Positions 23,813 through 37,445 of a DNA stretch of 64,000 bases are shown piece after piece (within the stretch, counting starts at the first letter, position 1; each line of letters starts with the position of its first letter). Source of the DNA: Vezdaea acicularis (taxonomy: Eukaryota). The notes beneath the pieces are model-generated. The model did not search any database. It was not told the DNA's origin and saw only the letters and a program-made list of their open reading frames with translations. Both the position numbers and the translations under genes were made by a program. The stretch spans positions 1-64,000 of the forward strand of contig JAPEUI010000046.1 of assembly GCA_026025075.1 (NCBI GenBank), given 5' to 3'.

Positions 23813-26165
23813 CTAGAAGCCTCCAGCGCCCCTGACTCGCTGCACAGCCCCGATTATTCCCTTCGCCCAGCTAAACCTGCCGGGATCAACGCCAATACTT
23901 CCCTCGGCCTCCTTACCCTCTGAGTCTCTCCAGACGCCGTCATCTCCTAGTTTGCCATAGATATGGGTGTTCTGGTTCCTTCTCAATCCGTCGATCCAAG
24001 CAGCGCATACCTCGTGGCTGTCGAGCATCACGTTGATCTCTTGCGAGTGGAACCAGCTCTGCGTATCCTGGTTGCCATTTCCCTGGATACCGATGTGTTC
24101 GTCGACGATCATGAGTTTGACTGAGCGATCAGCAAGGTTAAATTAAATGGTGGGGAAAGGCCTACTGTGGCAACTCCGCTTCTTGAACTTATTGTTGATT
24201 GGCTTGGTCTGGTCTTTTGCGACATAGAAATAGATGTGCATATTCTTGTCGATCATCTTGTGGGCGATCATTTCGTTTGTCCCTCCTTGGTAGGGTAAGA
24301 GCTCGCCCTAAATATATCAGCAACTTCTCGCGTCGAATGTTGGATATACTTACAGCATCGTTGTAGCCAAGACAAACATAGCAGTACACTGCGACACCCC
24401 TTTTAGCAGCCGCCATCAATTCTGGTATTAGAGGCACGGCATTCATGTTCGGGGTCTGGATAAAGACACTCTTCTTTGCATTCCTGATTCCAGAGATCCA
24501 GGCCTCGTTTTGGGGAGTGTAGACGCAATTATTGTTGGGAGCTTCCTTCGTGTCAGTCAAGTCAACACAACCAAATGCAACGTACTCACCTCCATAAGGT
24601 TTTCGGCAAACCATAGCGATGGGGAATGGCTCGTGCACTGGATGGGGAATATATGGCATCATCTCCTCGCCGGGAGCACACTCTGGGGCATCCCCCTTGA
24701 ACCCAGGGTTTTTGGTGTAGTTGAGTTGGCGGGTAACCGCATTCATGTGGCTTTCGGACCCTGTAGGCGAGATGACTGATTGTACTCTAGTAGCCTCAGC
24801 GGCTATGTCGACATCGTAGTGAGGATCGTCCGGGGTATGCTCCGGCAGCCTTTCCCTCTGGTCTTGGTTTTGGAACCCAGCCGCTGGTGCTTCCCCATTA
24901 GTGGTCGTGGGGTCACTTGGCTGGGCTGATCCGTTTTGTTGCAATGGCATTGAAGTTTCCCGATTTTCCGCAGAAGCGTGGCCACTGGCAGACTCGTTTC
25001 CGTATGCTGGACGGCCTGGCTTCTTGATTGTGGTATAGCCCCTGACCGAACCATCTTCATTGAAGAGAGTCTTATGTGTGTTCTGCTCAAAGCTACCTAA
25101 GTTATCCAATGCTGCTGGCGAGTCAAGGCAAGGCAAAGGTGGTTTCAGGGCGTTACTCCAAGTTATGAGCGCCATGTCATAAAATGAATCGACAATCGCG
25201 CCTTCCAAATGGATCATCATCTCAACGTTGTCATTTGCCTGACTGATTAGCTTTTGCACAACTACAGAAACCGATGATTCATACCTGGATATTGTTACTT
25301 TGTAGTATCGCTATTCTCCTATCGACTATCATAAATTTGGAATGGAAGGTCCCCAAAAGGGGCCGATGATAATTGACAATCTGCATATCTAGATTGGGTA
25401 TTTCACTTGAAGGCGGTATCTTTACAGCATCACCAGTCCATTCCTTTTCGGACACGGGTTGGTGATTATCAAGAAACTATGATCTCAGCTCTCTAATTTT
25501 CTCAGGGAAACCTGCCTGCCTACCTGCTTCGCGTTTCCTCTGTCATAAATGACCTTAATAACTACCTTATTTCCACGTTCCCCAGCACAGCGTGAGAGTT
25601 CTTTGAAGGCATTGGTGATCAATCTCGCAGGATCTGAGGCCTGCCAGAAGTTTGTCGCAAGGTAGACTTCCCTTTCTGCCCGAACAATGCAATTTGACAT
25701 ATGACGAACAATATCCGGAATACTAGACCTGTCAGATGGATCCAAAAATATGGCAAATGAACTGACGTGGAAATTATAGTTAAGGGGCACACTCCGGTGC
25801 TCCCAATTAAGGGGGGAGAGACCATGTTTCCCATGATATCCTCATCCAAAGTGCACAATACATCATGGTAGATCTTATAAGTCAGCAACTCTATTCAGTG
25901 AATTCTAGCTTGGTAGTTGACCTACCCTCTGGAACAGTTCGCTCGGCTGCGATTTACCCCATTTCCCACAGTCAAGGGCCCTTTGGAGGTCTTCGGCGGT
26001 CGGTTCCTTCCGTTGAGGAGCTTTTCCAGTGTGGTGGGGAGTAGAATCGCTGCCGAATAGTCTGTGGGCAATCTTATGAGGGGTCTCGGTGGGGTTTTTG
26101 GCAAGTTCCGACGTTACGGTTGTCTCAGACCTGCACGCCTTGTATACATGCTCGGAGATGACCAT
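23813..26165 (-). CDS. Phospholipase D superfamily protein (two HKD motifs, about 6 introns)
   Basis: FHSKFMIVDRRIAILQSNNIQ and spliced CHIKLMIVDEHIGIQGNGNQD; also EVYLATNFW and VFIQTPNMN. Confidence 0.88.
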
Positions 26166-27030
26166 TTCTGCAGACGTGATATGAGTCGCCTGAATGAAGA
26201 TACTGTGGGAACAAGCGATTACGAAATCGATCGAACAATTGCAGTAAACAGAGAGCTATTGAACAAGGCGGATGCGACGGGTAGGCAGCTAAGCGCGAAG
26301 GGGACGAACCTGCGTCTGGAGCTTTTCGAAAGTATAACTTTGCCCAAGCATAATAGCAGCCAAAAGTCAAGATTAAGACTTCTAGAAGAAGATAGGAGAA
26401 GGCCATCCTCAAATACTAGAAGATCAGCAATGACGACGCATTCATCGAGTTCATTCGTGATCCATTAGACCACCGACGTCATGGAGCATGGGAAAACACA
26501 CGCCAATCAGAGTGGTCGCGAATGAAAACCGGATAATATAAGCTTTTGCCCAGATCGTCCGACATGGAGCCAAAAAGCTTGACCACCAACGGTCCCTGCA
26601 GTGCGACCAGCCAAGCCCGGGGCGAGCGGGGCAGGCCTAGCCTGGATTTGGAAAGGCGCTACGTACCGTGAGAGTGGGCTGAAAGTTACACCTAGACGTA
26701 ATCAATTGGCAGCTGTGTGAAGACGCAGCGCAACGCCTTGCTCTCTGTGCTAACTTCAACAAACTTTATATAGCTTCCATTGGATGCATCGGTTGTGCGT
26801 TAAGGATCGCGTGGGCGAAGGACTGACCAAGGCTGCTTCTGTTGTGGAGTGCGGACGTGGACTTGTCCCACCGGTGGAATGTCCGGTGAAGCGACCGCAT
26901 CGCTGATCTACGTCCCGAGCTACTGTAGTCCACAACTCAACATTCTGAAGGCGAGGGAGATTCGCTGAGCGATTTCAATCGTCATGGCAAGAAATCTAAA
27001 TCGGCCGGGCTTGTACTAGAATTCGATTCG

Positions 27031-27826
27031 TTACGTGATATCCATTTTATCACCCTCATCCTCCTCTCCTTCTTCCTTTTCATCTTCCTCGCCATCTTCC
27101 TTCCCTGTAATTGAAGCATCCACGTCCATTCCCTCTCTTCGTTCAACCTCTTCCTTTTCATCTCGTATCAGTCTCCGTAGCTCCATGCCCTCTTTTACAA
27201 TTCGGCCAAACTGCTCCCTCCTCTCCGTCCAAACCTCTGCATAGTCTGAGCTTTCCTGCTCTAGATCTGCTATCTCGACGTTGAGCTTTTCCAGATTAAC
27301 CCTTTGATCTTCTCTCGTCCTCAGCATTCGATTGTTGGTTATCTTCTCTGTCAATTCATCCCACCCTTTCCGAATTGCCAGCGTCTCTTGGGCCTTTTCG
27401 AGCTGTAACCTCAAGTCGGCCGTCGATTCTCGCACGGAGTTTGATGTGTCTAATATCTTAAGCCGTTCTGCGGCATATCTGTCTCGTTCTTGAGAGTTGC
27501 TAGTCTGTATGAATTGCATCCGTGCCACGCTACTGTCAAAAGCCGCGAAATCGAAAGCGACGGCTTCACGAAACTGCTCGGACTTGGAACGCGTATCTTC
27601 AGATTCTCCATCAGGTGGCGGCGTAGGGAGCTTTGAGTGCGACGTGATGAGAGATTCGGGCCCGAGAAGTCTTTTGGTAATACGCTTGAAAGGTTTCTCT
27701 TCAACGACCAATAACCTTGGCTTGTGTAGTGCATCTGTATGAATGAGATCAGGATAGCCGACGAAGAGTGAGCAAGGAAGCCAGACCTTCATCTGCAGGA
27801 TCCAAGAGTGCGTAAGAGGAAGCCAT
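27031..27826 (-). CDS. THOC7: THO complex subunit 7 (Thoc7/Mft1 family, 1 intron)
   Basis: MASSYALLDPADE|DALHKPRLLVVEEKPFKRITKRLL...FDFAAFDSSVARMQF..SNSQERDRY..WTERREQFGRIV; acidic tail. Confidence 0.85.
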
Positions 27827-28439
27827 CTCGAAGACCGAGAGTTACTGGTGCAGCAATGGGAGGTTTCAGTGCGGGCTTTGAGGTACTATGTAGATTTGCA
27901 GCATTTCCAACTCGAGCTGGCACGCAATTCTTTATGGACGAACATTTGCAAAATGAACTATGGGAGAACTCTGCATAGCTTTTGCGCTAGTGGGGTTATC
28001 TCCTATAGGGGCAATTTGCAGCCAAAGTTGGAGCGTAATTGGAACAGCTTCTTCACTACGTCCTTTGTTGAGGAAGAACTATTTCTTTTAAGATCATAAA
28101 GACAATTAATTCGTCAATTTCTTTTGTTTCTCGGATGGTGGGGCTCACACAGGTGGCTGGTTCGTAGGAAACCTCCGGTAGCGACATTCGCCTCGAGCTA
28201 TTGTTCAGGCCAATTCACAATAAGACTTCCTGCACTCAATGCACAATGTGCGGTCTACTGATCCCCACACCTCCTACCAATATAAGGAATGTACCCCTCC
28301 TAAGATTTCCTCTCCTTACTTCCGACTGCACGATCCAGAACACCACCTTTATTAGATCACGATAGTTATCAACCTTCCATTTAACTCTACTTAAACCCTC
28401 CATCTAAGAGCAGCGAGAAATACTCTACATTCAGAAACG

Positions 28440-30091
28440 ATGTCTTCGCCTCCGGAAACTTCCTCAAAGCCCGAGGATTCCCTCTCCTCTGATGCTGCAT
28501 TGGGCGCCAAGAGTCTATCTGCTTTAGCTACAATTGCATGTATCAAGCACAAGAACGGTACTTAACTAAAATACTTACCATTTCCCCTCATAGATACTGA
28601 CTCCCGCAGATATTATCAGTGTCGGTGACCTACGCTATAATACTGTGCGTGATATCCTCCGCAAGATACAAAAAGTCGATCAGCTAGTGCGTGTATGCGT
28701 CCAGCTCTATGTTGGTCGTATTAACAGAATATACAGAGGCAAATCGAACAACAGTCACCCCAGATCTGTGGAGAGGATGCTGAGCTTTGGTATGCATTTA
28801 TCAAGCGAGATATTTGTGAAGGAGAAGACAAGCTTCAAGCCCTTGAGTCACCAAGGGCATGCTGGAAGGTTTACGATGTGAGTCTGTATTAATGGGCCCT
28901 GGAAACACTGATTAATATTGAATAGTACTTACGCCGGGAGGATCAGGCAGACAACAAGGAGAAAAGACGGATAATGGCGGAAAAGCTCCAAGCTCTTGCG
29001 GAATCTAAGAAGACTACAAAACGCATCGCGTCCGAAGATTTACGCCAAAAACCCAAGCGCCGAAAGTTGGCTACCCAGGCGTCTCGAAATGCAGCATTAC
29101 CCAAAAGGACACTGCCCACATCAGTTCAGAGGCGCTATCAGCCCTCTGGCGGTCTTCCGATGAACGCGCCAAGACCAATGCTGATGGATCAGGAGGAGCT
29201 AGATCGACGAATAAAAGCTAAAGCTGAGCGCGAAGCAGCTCTCCTCGAGAAGCAGAAGGCAAAGGATCGACTCCGTATGCTGCAGTCAGTAGAAACCCCA
29301 TCTGAGCAAAACTCCGGATATATGGACCTCAAAGCCGGCAGTATCTCCAACAAACCTCTACTAAGTCGAGATATCCTAGCACCCACCTCTAGGACCAAGA
29401 TACACATCCCAGGAGCTCCAATGTCCAAATCATCTTCTGTAAAGTCTTCCACGGCTCAAGAAATTGCTACTGGCTCCAGTGAGGGTACTTCCTTACCAAA
29501 AACAGGTGTCAAACAGGACAGCACTGGTGGGCCAAAGACGAGCACAGCTCCAAAAGCGCCGAAGCTGACCCCAACGCTTTTCGAATCCCTACACACGAAT
29601 TCGAAGACCAAACCTCTTCCCCAGAGACTTGTAGCCAACGGAGGTAGGACATCCACGTCTGCCGGCTTGAGAGCCACCGCCCCCCGCCCGTCAATTAGCA
29701 ATGATTCCAGGGAGAGCACACCGTCAGCAGCCCTACGAGTTAGTACTACTCCAAAGACTATTAACAGTCCCAAAGTTATTGCTGCGCCAGAACTCGCTGC
29801 CGCCCCGAAGACTGCTGCTACTCTCAGGGCGGCTACCACATCAAATATCATTTCTACGCCTAAGGCCGTTACTACGGCGAAGACTGTTAGTGCCAGCAAT
29901 GCGGCAGCTAAGGGGACTTCTGCGCTAAATGCCCAAAATAGACAGCTCTAACAAGCCATAATACAAGCATACCTATAACAGCGCCGAAGCCGATCCCAAT
30001 TCTCTCTGAGTCACTGCATGGGAACTCGAATACCAGATCTTTCCCACAGAAACGAACAATCCATCTGCGCGGGGGAGGCTTAGGTCCCTGA
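28440..30091 (+). CDS. ELA1: Elongin A family protein (RNA Pol II transcription factor SIII subunit A); 3' end uncertain (29951 if the last intron is retained)
   Basis: Spliced N-terminus KSLSALATIACIKHKNDIISVGDLRYNTVRDILRKIQKVDQLRQIEQQSPQICGEDAELWYAFIKRDI (BC box plus Elongin_A motif) over 3 short introns, joining the 28974 ORF; possible fourth intron 29886-29941. Confidence 0.8.
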
Positions 30092-30773
30092 GAGCAGGAG
30101 AGATACCTCGGAGGAGCAACAGCTACTCGACAGATAGCACGCCGGCGAAAGGCTCTTCTGAAATTGCAGATTCATTGACTGCAGCTGCGACCAATGAGTC
30201 GAACGAACGACAACGCATATGATTTACAAAGCTCTCAAGATGATGTTTCATGTACGATGCAGTATCTATCCTTAACAATCTGTTATGTCGGAGTCCTGGC
30301 AAGAAAGCAAAGTGATTTGTTTATTGGAAGCTTAGGGTTGAGTAAACGGCCGAACATAAGTACAAGAGATCAAGGCGTTAGCATTTCAGGGTGCCGCAAT
30401 CGGTCTGTCATGCATGCAGGAGCATGGGTGTTACCCTTACAGTGTGAGTGAAACGGTCTGCATCACCTCTAAGAAGCTAAGGCGTCACTATTGTTTGATC
30501 TATTGAGCACTTCCTCAAGCATATTGAAAGGGGAAGCGCGATAGTTTCAGGTTGGTGGACGCGATCTCTTTTACGTAGAGGGGAGCAAGGCTTTGCAGCC
30601 TTGGATCGGGATACTTGATCCCTCAGATATCAAAACATTTCCGAGCGATGGTATATGACAATTCTATCGCTAGTGCCCACCTAAGACTTGGCTCAAGCGC
30701 ATGAGTGTGATATAGTCCGTACCATAATAGTCCTCGTGCACAGTAAAACCTTGCATATACCCATCGCACTTTC

Positions 30774-31163
<390 letters not shown>

Positions 31164-31526
31164 TTCGACGTCGAGAGCGGTACGCAAGATGATGGTGTCC
31201 CGTATTCAAGTTCAAAGCAGTTCAGACCGGAGTTATGAGCCGTCCAAGATCCTTAGCATACTCCAGATATAATGTCTTAGTATAGGCAGAAGGCAAGATG
31301 GTGGGGCTGTCGCATGCCGGGATATTCCGTATGACGAACAGGGGTGAAAGCTGTCGAGAGCGTCGCGTATTTCCTCCCCTTCGCAAAGGACACCTACAAC
31401 CTAATTCAGAAGTCGATACAGTAACGACGATTATTAGTAACTTGACCGGACTGGAGCCGTGTTGAGCCCTCAGGATCTTGACTCCTGTACGCTCTTTCCA
31501 GGGTCTCCAGGCCTCAATTGGCTAAA

Positions 31527-33134
31527 ATGAAGCCCTCCTCATTCACCCTCCTTTTTTCCTTAATACAGTCCGGTCTATGTGCTTCAGACTCAAACCTAAC
31601 CACGCCGCTCTCATCTCGAATCGTACTACCCACCAATTTTAAGCCGCCGCAAGTCTTCAGGAATGTCAATCTCCTACGTAATACCAATTTAGAAAAGACC
31701 TACGCTCGAGAGACCATCAATGTCATCATAGAGAATGTGGCCTCGTTACCTCAAGACGAATACTTTCTGCCCTTTGATTCGGCTACAATTGCGAACATTG
31801 GAGGACTAGAAGTGAAGGACAAGAAGGACCCAGAGAAGGGCATATTCGAGGTAGAGGTTGTCGAGTATGATACGTACAGGTAAGATTCATAGTACTACAA
31901 GCCAGCGTCCACTAATGAAGGCAGTCCTACCCAATTCTATCGGATCAAACTTCCTGAACCCTTGAAACCAAAGTCTCCACAAACCCTGAGCATTTCGTAC
32001 TCAATTCTCTCGTCGCTCGTTCCCCTCCCAGCCTCCATCAAGCAAATGGATAAACAATATGTCGTTTACACCTTCTCTGCCTATGCGCCTTCAGCATACA
32101 CAACCCTGAAGCAAAAAACAAAGCTTAAGTTCCCAACCTCGGATGTCCCTGAATATACCATACTTCCGGCGAATGCGGAAGGGAAAGAGGACCCACAGAC
32201 GCAGGGCACAACCTTTACTTACGGCCCGTACAACGAACTGCCAGCGGGCGCACAAGAGTCAGTGTCCGTTCGATATGAGCTTACAAAGCCCCTGATTCAT
32301 GCATCCCTCCTTGAGCGAGATATCGAGGTCAGCCATTGGGGAGGAAATCTTGCAACAGAAGATCGATATTGGTTAGAGAATCATGCGGCGAACTTGAGTA
32401 ACCACTTTTCGAGGGTGAGCTGGGCGACAACACAATACTATAACCCACCAACGACTGCGTTGAAAGAATTCAGGATGCCTCTAAAGATTGGATCTTTAAA
32501 TCCATATTTCACTGACGACATTGGCAACGTATCGACTTCGCGATTTAGATCCAACAGCCGAGAAGCTCTGCTCGAATTGAAACCCAGATACCCTATTTTC
32601 GGCGGTTGGCGTTACAGCTTTCGAGTCGGTTGGGACTCGGATCTAGGAGCATTCTTAAGAAAGTTGAGCAGGGGGAACAAATATATCCTCAAAGTGCCGT
32701 TCTTAGAGGGACCGAAGCTGGCGGAAGGGGTAGCGTATCGGAAGGTAGAAGTTCGGGTACTCTTACCCGAGGGAGCAATGTGAGTAGGCCAGTCAGACAT
32801 TGAGCTCAACTGACGGGAATAGCAATGTCAAATATCAAACGAAAGTTCCGCTCGTATCCAGCGAAGTTTCCTTACATAGGACATTCATGGATAGCCTTGG
32901 ACGGACGACTTTGAAGCTTTCAGCGATAAATCTTGTCGACGATCTAAGGGATCAAGACCTTTTTGTATGTCTCCTATTACCTTTCGTCAACTCGACTAAT
33001 TCTTTCAGGTAACCTACGATTACTCGCTGATGGCGGCCTTGAGAAAGCCAATAACAACATGTATTGGTATTATTAGTGTGTTCGGAGTAACGTGGATGCT
33101 GGGAAGCATGGACATGAGCATTGGGAAGAAATAG
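31527..33134 (+). CDS. OST1: Oligosaccharyltransferase alpha subunit (ribophorin I, 3 introns)
   Basis: Signal peptide, LERDIEVSHWGGNLATE, YFTDDIGNVSTSRFR, LKPRYPIFGGWRYSF, LLPEGA, C-terminal TM helix. Confidence 0.95.
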
Positions 33135-33410
33135 ACATTTACATCAATATCATATCAATTTCATGTTTCATCATCTTGGGTTCAAGGGTGCGAGCCTGAT
33201 GTTCGTTAGTGTAAGTAACCGAGGCAGGCGCCCCAAAGTAGAATGCGCCACACGTCTAGCTTAGAGGTGTTCATCCCAAGAACCAACCTTGTACAAAGAG
33301 ACTCGCCTTTCCCAAGACTCACGCACTCTCAAGCCTAGCAGGTCAGATTCATGAATAGGGGCTCCCTAATTTGATTTTTCTTAACTCAACTGCGGCAGCA
33401 TACCGCAAAG

Positions 33411-34347
33411 ATGGCCAGTGATCAAGAAGTAGTAGAACCAGGAGCAGCAGAGCCTGAGGGAAAAGAGCCCAAGGAATCGGAGTCCGAAGAACCGACCCCC
33501 ACAGAGGAAGAGCCTGCGACCACTGGCATTGGAGATCGCGCTGCAAGGTTCAAGGCGCTTCAGGCCCGAGCAGTACGTTTTCCCAATCTGCAGCGTACGC
33601 ATTTGCTAATGCCTATTTGCAGAAAAAGTCCGCAGAGAAGAATCTCAAAGAAGCGACATTAGAATCCCAACGACTAGCAACGGACCCAAACCTTCTAGCG
33701 TCGCTCTCCCGAAAGCAGGCCATTGCATCCCATAAATTAATGAAAGATGACCCTGACTTTGAACGCAAACGAGCTTGGGACTGGACGGTTGAGGAGTCAG
33801 AAAAGTGGGATCGTCGAATGGACAAGAAAGCGCGTCATCGTGAGGATGTTGCATTCCAGGATTACACACAGGACTCGCGAAAGGTTTACAAACGACAACT
33901 TCGGGAGCTTCAGCCAGATCTAGAGAGATACGAGAAAGAGAAGATTGCGGCCGTACAGCGTGCCGCGATGAGTGGAGGCCTGGAGATCATTGAAACAGAC
34001 GATGGAGAGCTCGTAGCCGTAGACAAAGATGGCACCTTCTACACGACCGCGGATACTACAGACTTTGTAGAGAACAAACCAGATCGAGCAGCGGTGGACA
34101 GGCTTGTATCGGATTTGCGGAAGGCGGAGGAATCTCGACTTCGGAAACGGCGGGATCGTGGTAAAGGGGATGATGATCCAGACGTCACATATATCAACGA
34201 CAAGAACAAACAGTTTAACCAGAAGCTTGCGAGGTTTTACAATAAGGTAAGCTACATCATGCCGATCTATCTTCTGTAGGACCTGCTCACATCTATTAGT
34301 ATACGTCCGAGATTCGCGACAGTTTCGAGCGTGGCACAATGATATGA
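33411..34347 (+). CDS. SYF2: Pre-mRNA splicing factor SYF2 (2 introns)
   Basis: DFERKRAWDWTVEESEKWD, DVTYINDKNKQFNQKLARFYNK|YTSEIRDSFERGT. Confidence 0.95.
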
Positions 34348-34514
34348 GAGGGTTTGGTTCGTTGGACTTTGGTTAAGACATACCACCTTGAGTCAAAGAA
34401 AGGCAGTCAAGCTTCTCTTCGGGCGTCTCTGTCTTGGAATACATGGCGTCATTGTGGACTGGAGATGCTGTGTTAGAGGTATTACACAAGTAGCAAAGTA
34501 TGGATCTTTCTCCA

Positions 34515-34838
34515 CTAACCCTTATAGAAAGCCTCCAACTTCCTCCTATCAACATCTCGTTGCTCTTCCAGACGTTTGAGCTTGTTTAGCGCCCTTTCCA
34601 AGGTCAAACTGTCGCAGAATGATCGAGATAGATTGTAGGCTTCTTTTGCTAGCTCATAAGCAATGCTTGCATCCTGTATACGATTTTCCCAGAAGATCTC
34701 CCAGCCTATTATCGCACAGTCTCGACACTTCCCAGGCGATTGAACCATAAGCCCGGCAGTGTTGCCACATCGTCGGCGGCACGGACGTTCCAGGCGGTAG
34801 TGGCCGCAGGTATACTCGAGCCCGTTCCCGCGGCACAT
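34515..34838 (-). CDS. Small hypothetical protein with MC-x6-YTCGH...C..C...C..C motif
   Basis: 107-aa ATG ORF; the N-terminal Cys/His pattern is common in small ascomycete ORFs; helical C-terminus. Confidence 0.5.
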   Translation of the reverse strand: MCRGNGLEYTCGHYRLERPCRRRCGNTAGLMVQSPGKCRDCAIIGWEIFWENRIQDASIAYELAKEAYNLSRSFCDSLTLERALNKLKRLEEQRDVDRRKLEAFYKG

Positions 34839-35150
34839 ATTGTTTTAATACCAAATGTAGGGTATGGAGAGTCGAGTCGCCAGACAGGCTGATGATATCC
34901 TTGAAGTGGTTGCAGTGGATGGTATGGTTCTGAGCTTCAGGTAGTGGAAATTGTGAGCACTTATTCTCAAAGCGAACAAGATTCGACACCATAGTGTTGT
35001 GATGCATAGTTTCAATGCGTTTGGGTCACCTTTAGTTATTGACTTCGCTGACACGCAATGTCCTGTCGGCTAGGCGATTTGTTCAGCACTGTTTTACACG
35101 ATATGTCAGATTTTGATACGTGACACGGAAGCGACACTTTTGTGATATTT

Positions 35151-36136
35151 CTAGAGCATTGTCTTCCTCCATGCCTTCTGCGCCAACTCCTCTATTCCAG
35201 GCACGTCCACAACACCTTTAGCTGAATCATCTCCTATTGCCTCTACCACCGCCTCTGCCACCACGTCGGCCTTCAAAGGTTTAATCCCTCCGGCACCCAT
35301 GAGCCATGTCAACCTTCCCCCTGTTGCCCCATTAATCATCGATGCAACTCCAATGACGCCAGCTAAGGGCATAGTAATGGTGCGAGATGAGTCGTACAGG
35401 AATGGCGGCCGAACGAACACGTTCCGCATCCTAGGAAACGTGGTCGCTATTGTCGATTCAGCCTCTCGTTTTGTGGTGATGTATCGAGCAGGAAGGAGGT
35501 GAGAGCCAGCTGCAGCAGATACGTAGACAAATGTCGGGACTTTCGCCAATGTAGACTCTTGCGCCAAGGTGATTGCTGAGTCTCTGTTCATGAGCTCGTA
35601 TGTCAGCTGTCCATCCTTCTCTTTTGGCTCCAGATTCTCGCCAGGCTTTCGCTCCAACGGATTCTGGCTGCCAGCCTTGGTCGCACTGAAAGCTCTCTGC
35701 AGCCCACTGTAGATCGACTCTTTGCCCGATAGGACTCCCTTATAATCTGCCTCAAGTAATATGCCCATTGAGTGTATAACCGCATCAGCCCCTTTCAAAT
35801 GAGCTTGATATGTTGTAGGCTTCAAGATGTCGGCTTTTTGCCATGAGACTGACTTTGACCATGCCGGTGGCTCTGGAGATGAGGTTACGTTGGACCAGGA
35901 CGGTTCACCCGATCGGCTGCAATCACGTTAGAGATGCCGTAGCAACGAGGTGGAGAACTCTTGCCTTACGGAGGTCACGTCCCAACCCCGAGCAACCGCA
36001 GATTTACAGATTCGCGATCCTAAACACAAGATCAATAACACTATTTCTGCCGGCTGTATTGACTTGAGCGAACTTGCTTACCCAAAAACCCATTCCCGCC
36101 GCACACTACTATCCGCTTCTTTAACTTAGCGGCCAT
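35151..36136 (-). CDS. COQ11: NAD(P)-binding atypical SDR/epimerase, COQ11 (YLR290C)-like (2 introns, the second GC-AG)
   Basis: IVVCGGNGFLG|SRICKSAVARGWDVTSVS|RSGEP, AVIHSMGILLEADYK, TYELMNRDSA, FVYVSAA, RYITTKREAE. Confidence 0.85.
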
Positions 36137-36352
36137 TCCGCCAGAATTACTACGGATTTGCAGAAGTTGAGGTCGAACGTCCAAAGTCTCTTGACATCAT
36201 CTCAATACTCGGCACGAGATTTTTCGGTTGAAGTTGTCACCTGCGGGGGTCACTTTCGGCACAAGCTGCCCTGTGAAACTCGGGAAAAGCCGACGATGGT
36301 GGGTGTAAGATCGCCGAAGAAGCGGCGTTCGACGACTAAGAAACTTGAAAGC

Positions 36353-37241
36353 ATGCCGGGGCCTCAGGGTAATAAACGTGTCAAGGTGAATTATGTTTTC
36401 TCTCGAATGTTGGAAGTTTTCTGACGCGATTACAGGGTGTCCAAATCTATCGTCCATTTGGTATTTGCAACTCTCCTTATGTCACGATCGGCTACCACTG
36501 ACACTCGCAGTATTCGGTAGCATCGCTAGGAAATTCGAGGACAATAAGAGACCACCGAACATCGACCCACAGCATACGCACCAGTGGACTATTTGGGTGA
36601 AAGGGGTTGATGATGAAGATATCTCATACTGGCTGAGAAAGGTCCAGTTCAAACTACATGATACCTATCCTAACTCCCTCCGAAGTAAGCCCTTCTTGTC
36701 AACTGATACCCATACCTCAGACTGACCGCATATAGCGTTAGAGGGACCTCCATTTGAGATCACCGAGACCGGCTGGGGAGAATTTGAAATCCAGATCAAG
36801 CTTCACTTCGTCCCTGAAGCCAACGAAAAGTTCCAATGCATTTGGCACCCCTTGAAATTGCATCCATATGGGCCAGACGCTGAAGCGCTCAAAGACCAAC
36901 CCATTATCTCGCAGAATTATGAGGAAGTAGTCTTCAACGAGCCCGTGGAGGCTTTTTACGAAATCTTGACCGGAGGCGTTGAGAAGGGGAAGGCTAAGGC
37001 AGGCAAAGCTGGATCGAAGCAAGCCGCTTTAGCAAAGGCGAGGACGGCTGAGATTCCGATGACAGCTACCCAAGCAAACCCTTACAGTAAGGAGACGGAG
37101 CAGAAGGAGCATGATCGCTTGCAGGAGGCCATCAAGAAGGTTGACGAGCTGGTTGGGGAGGAGACAGAAGCGCTGCGTAAAACCGAGGCCCAGCTTCTCG
37201 AGCTGAGGGAGAGATTGGGCCAAGCGCCGAAGAAGAAGTGA
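36353..37241 (+). CDS. YAF9: YEATS-domain protein Yaf9 (NuA4/SWR1 subunit, 3 introns)
   Basis: [67 protein letters not shown]. Confidence 0.96.
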
Positions 37242-37445
37242 ATCTACTCGGATTGCATTATACGCTTTTATACAAGGAGGTTTCCGGGTCTCGGCGCAGC
37301 ATAGGGCGGCAAAAGTGAGCGAATCTTGGAGTATGGCGAATCAGAATCTTCGAGTCAGAGAGCATTGGTATGGGACACGCCTTCGAGGGGTACGGAACAC
37401 CTCTCGAATTACGGAAAGAGAGTTCCCCAATTAATCTCGCATGTT

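Noticed and set aside
28571..28579. ATACTTACC (U1 snRNA 5' end match)
   Set aside because: Lies in a short intron of the Elongin A gene; no U1 stem-loops or Sm site follow.
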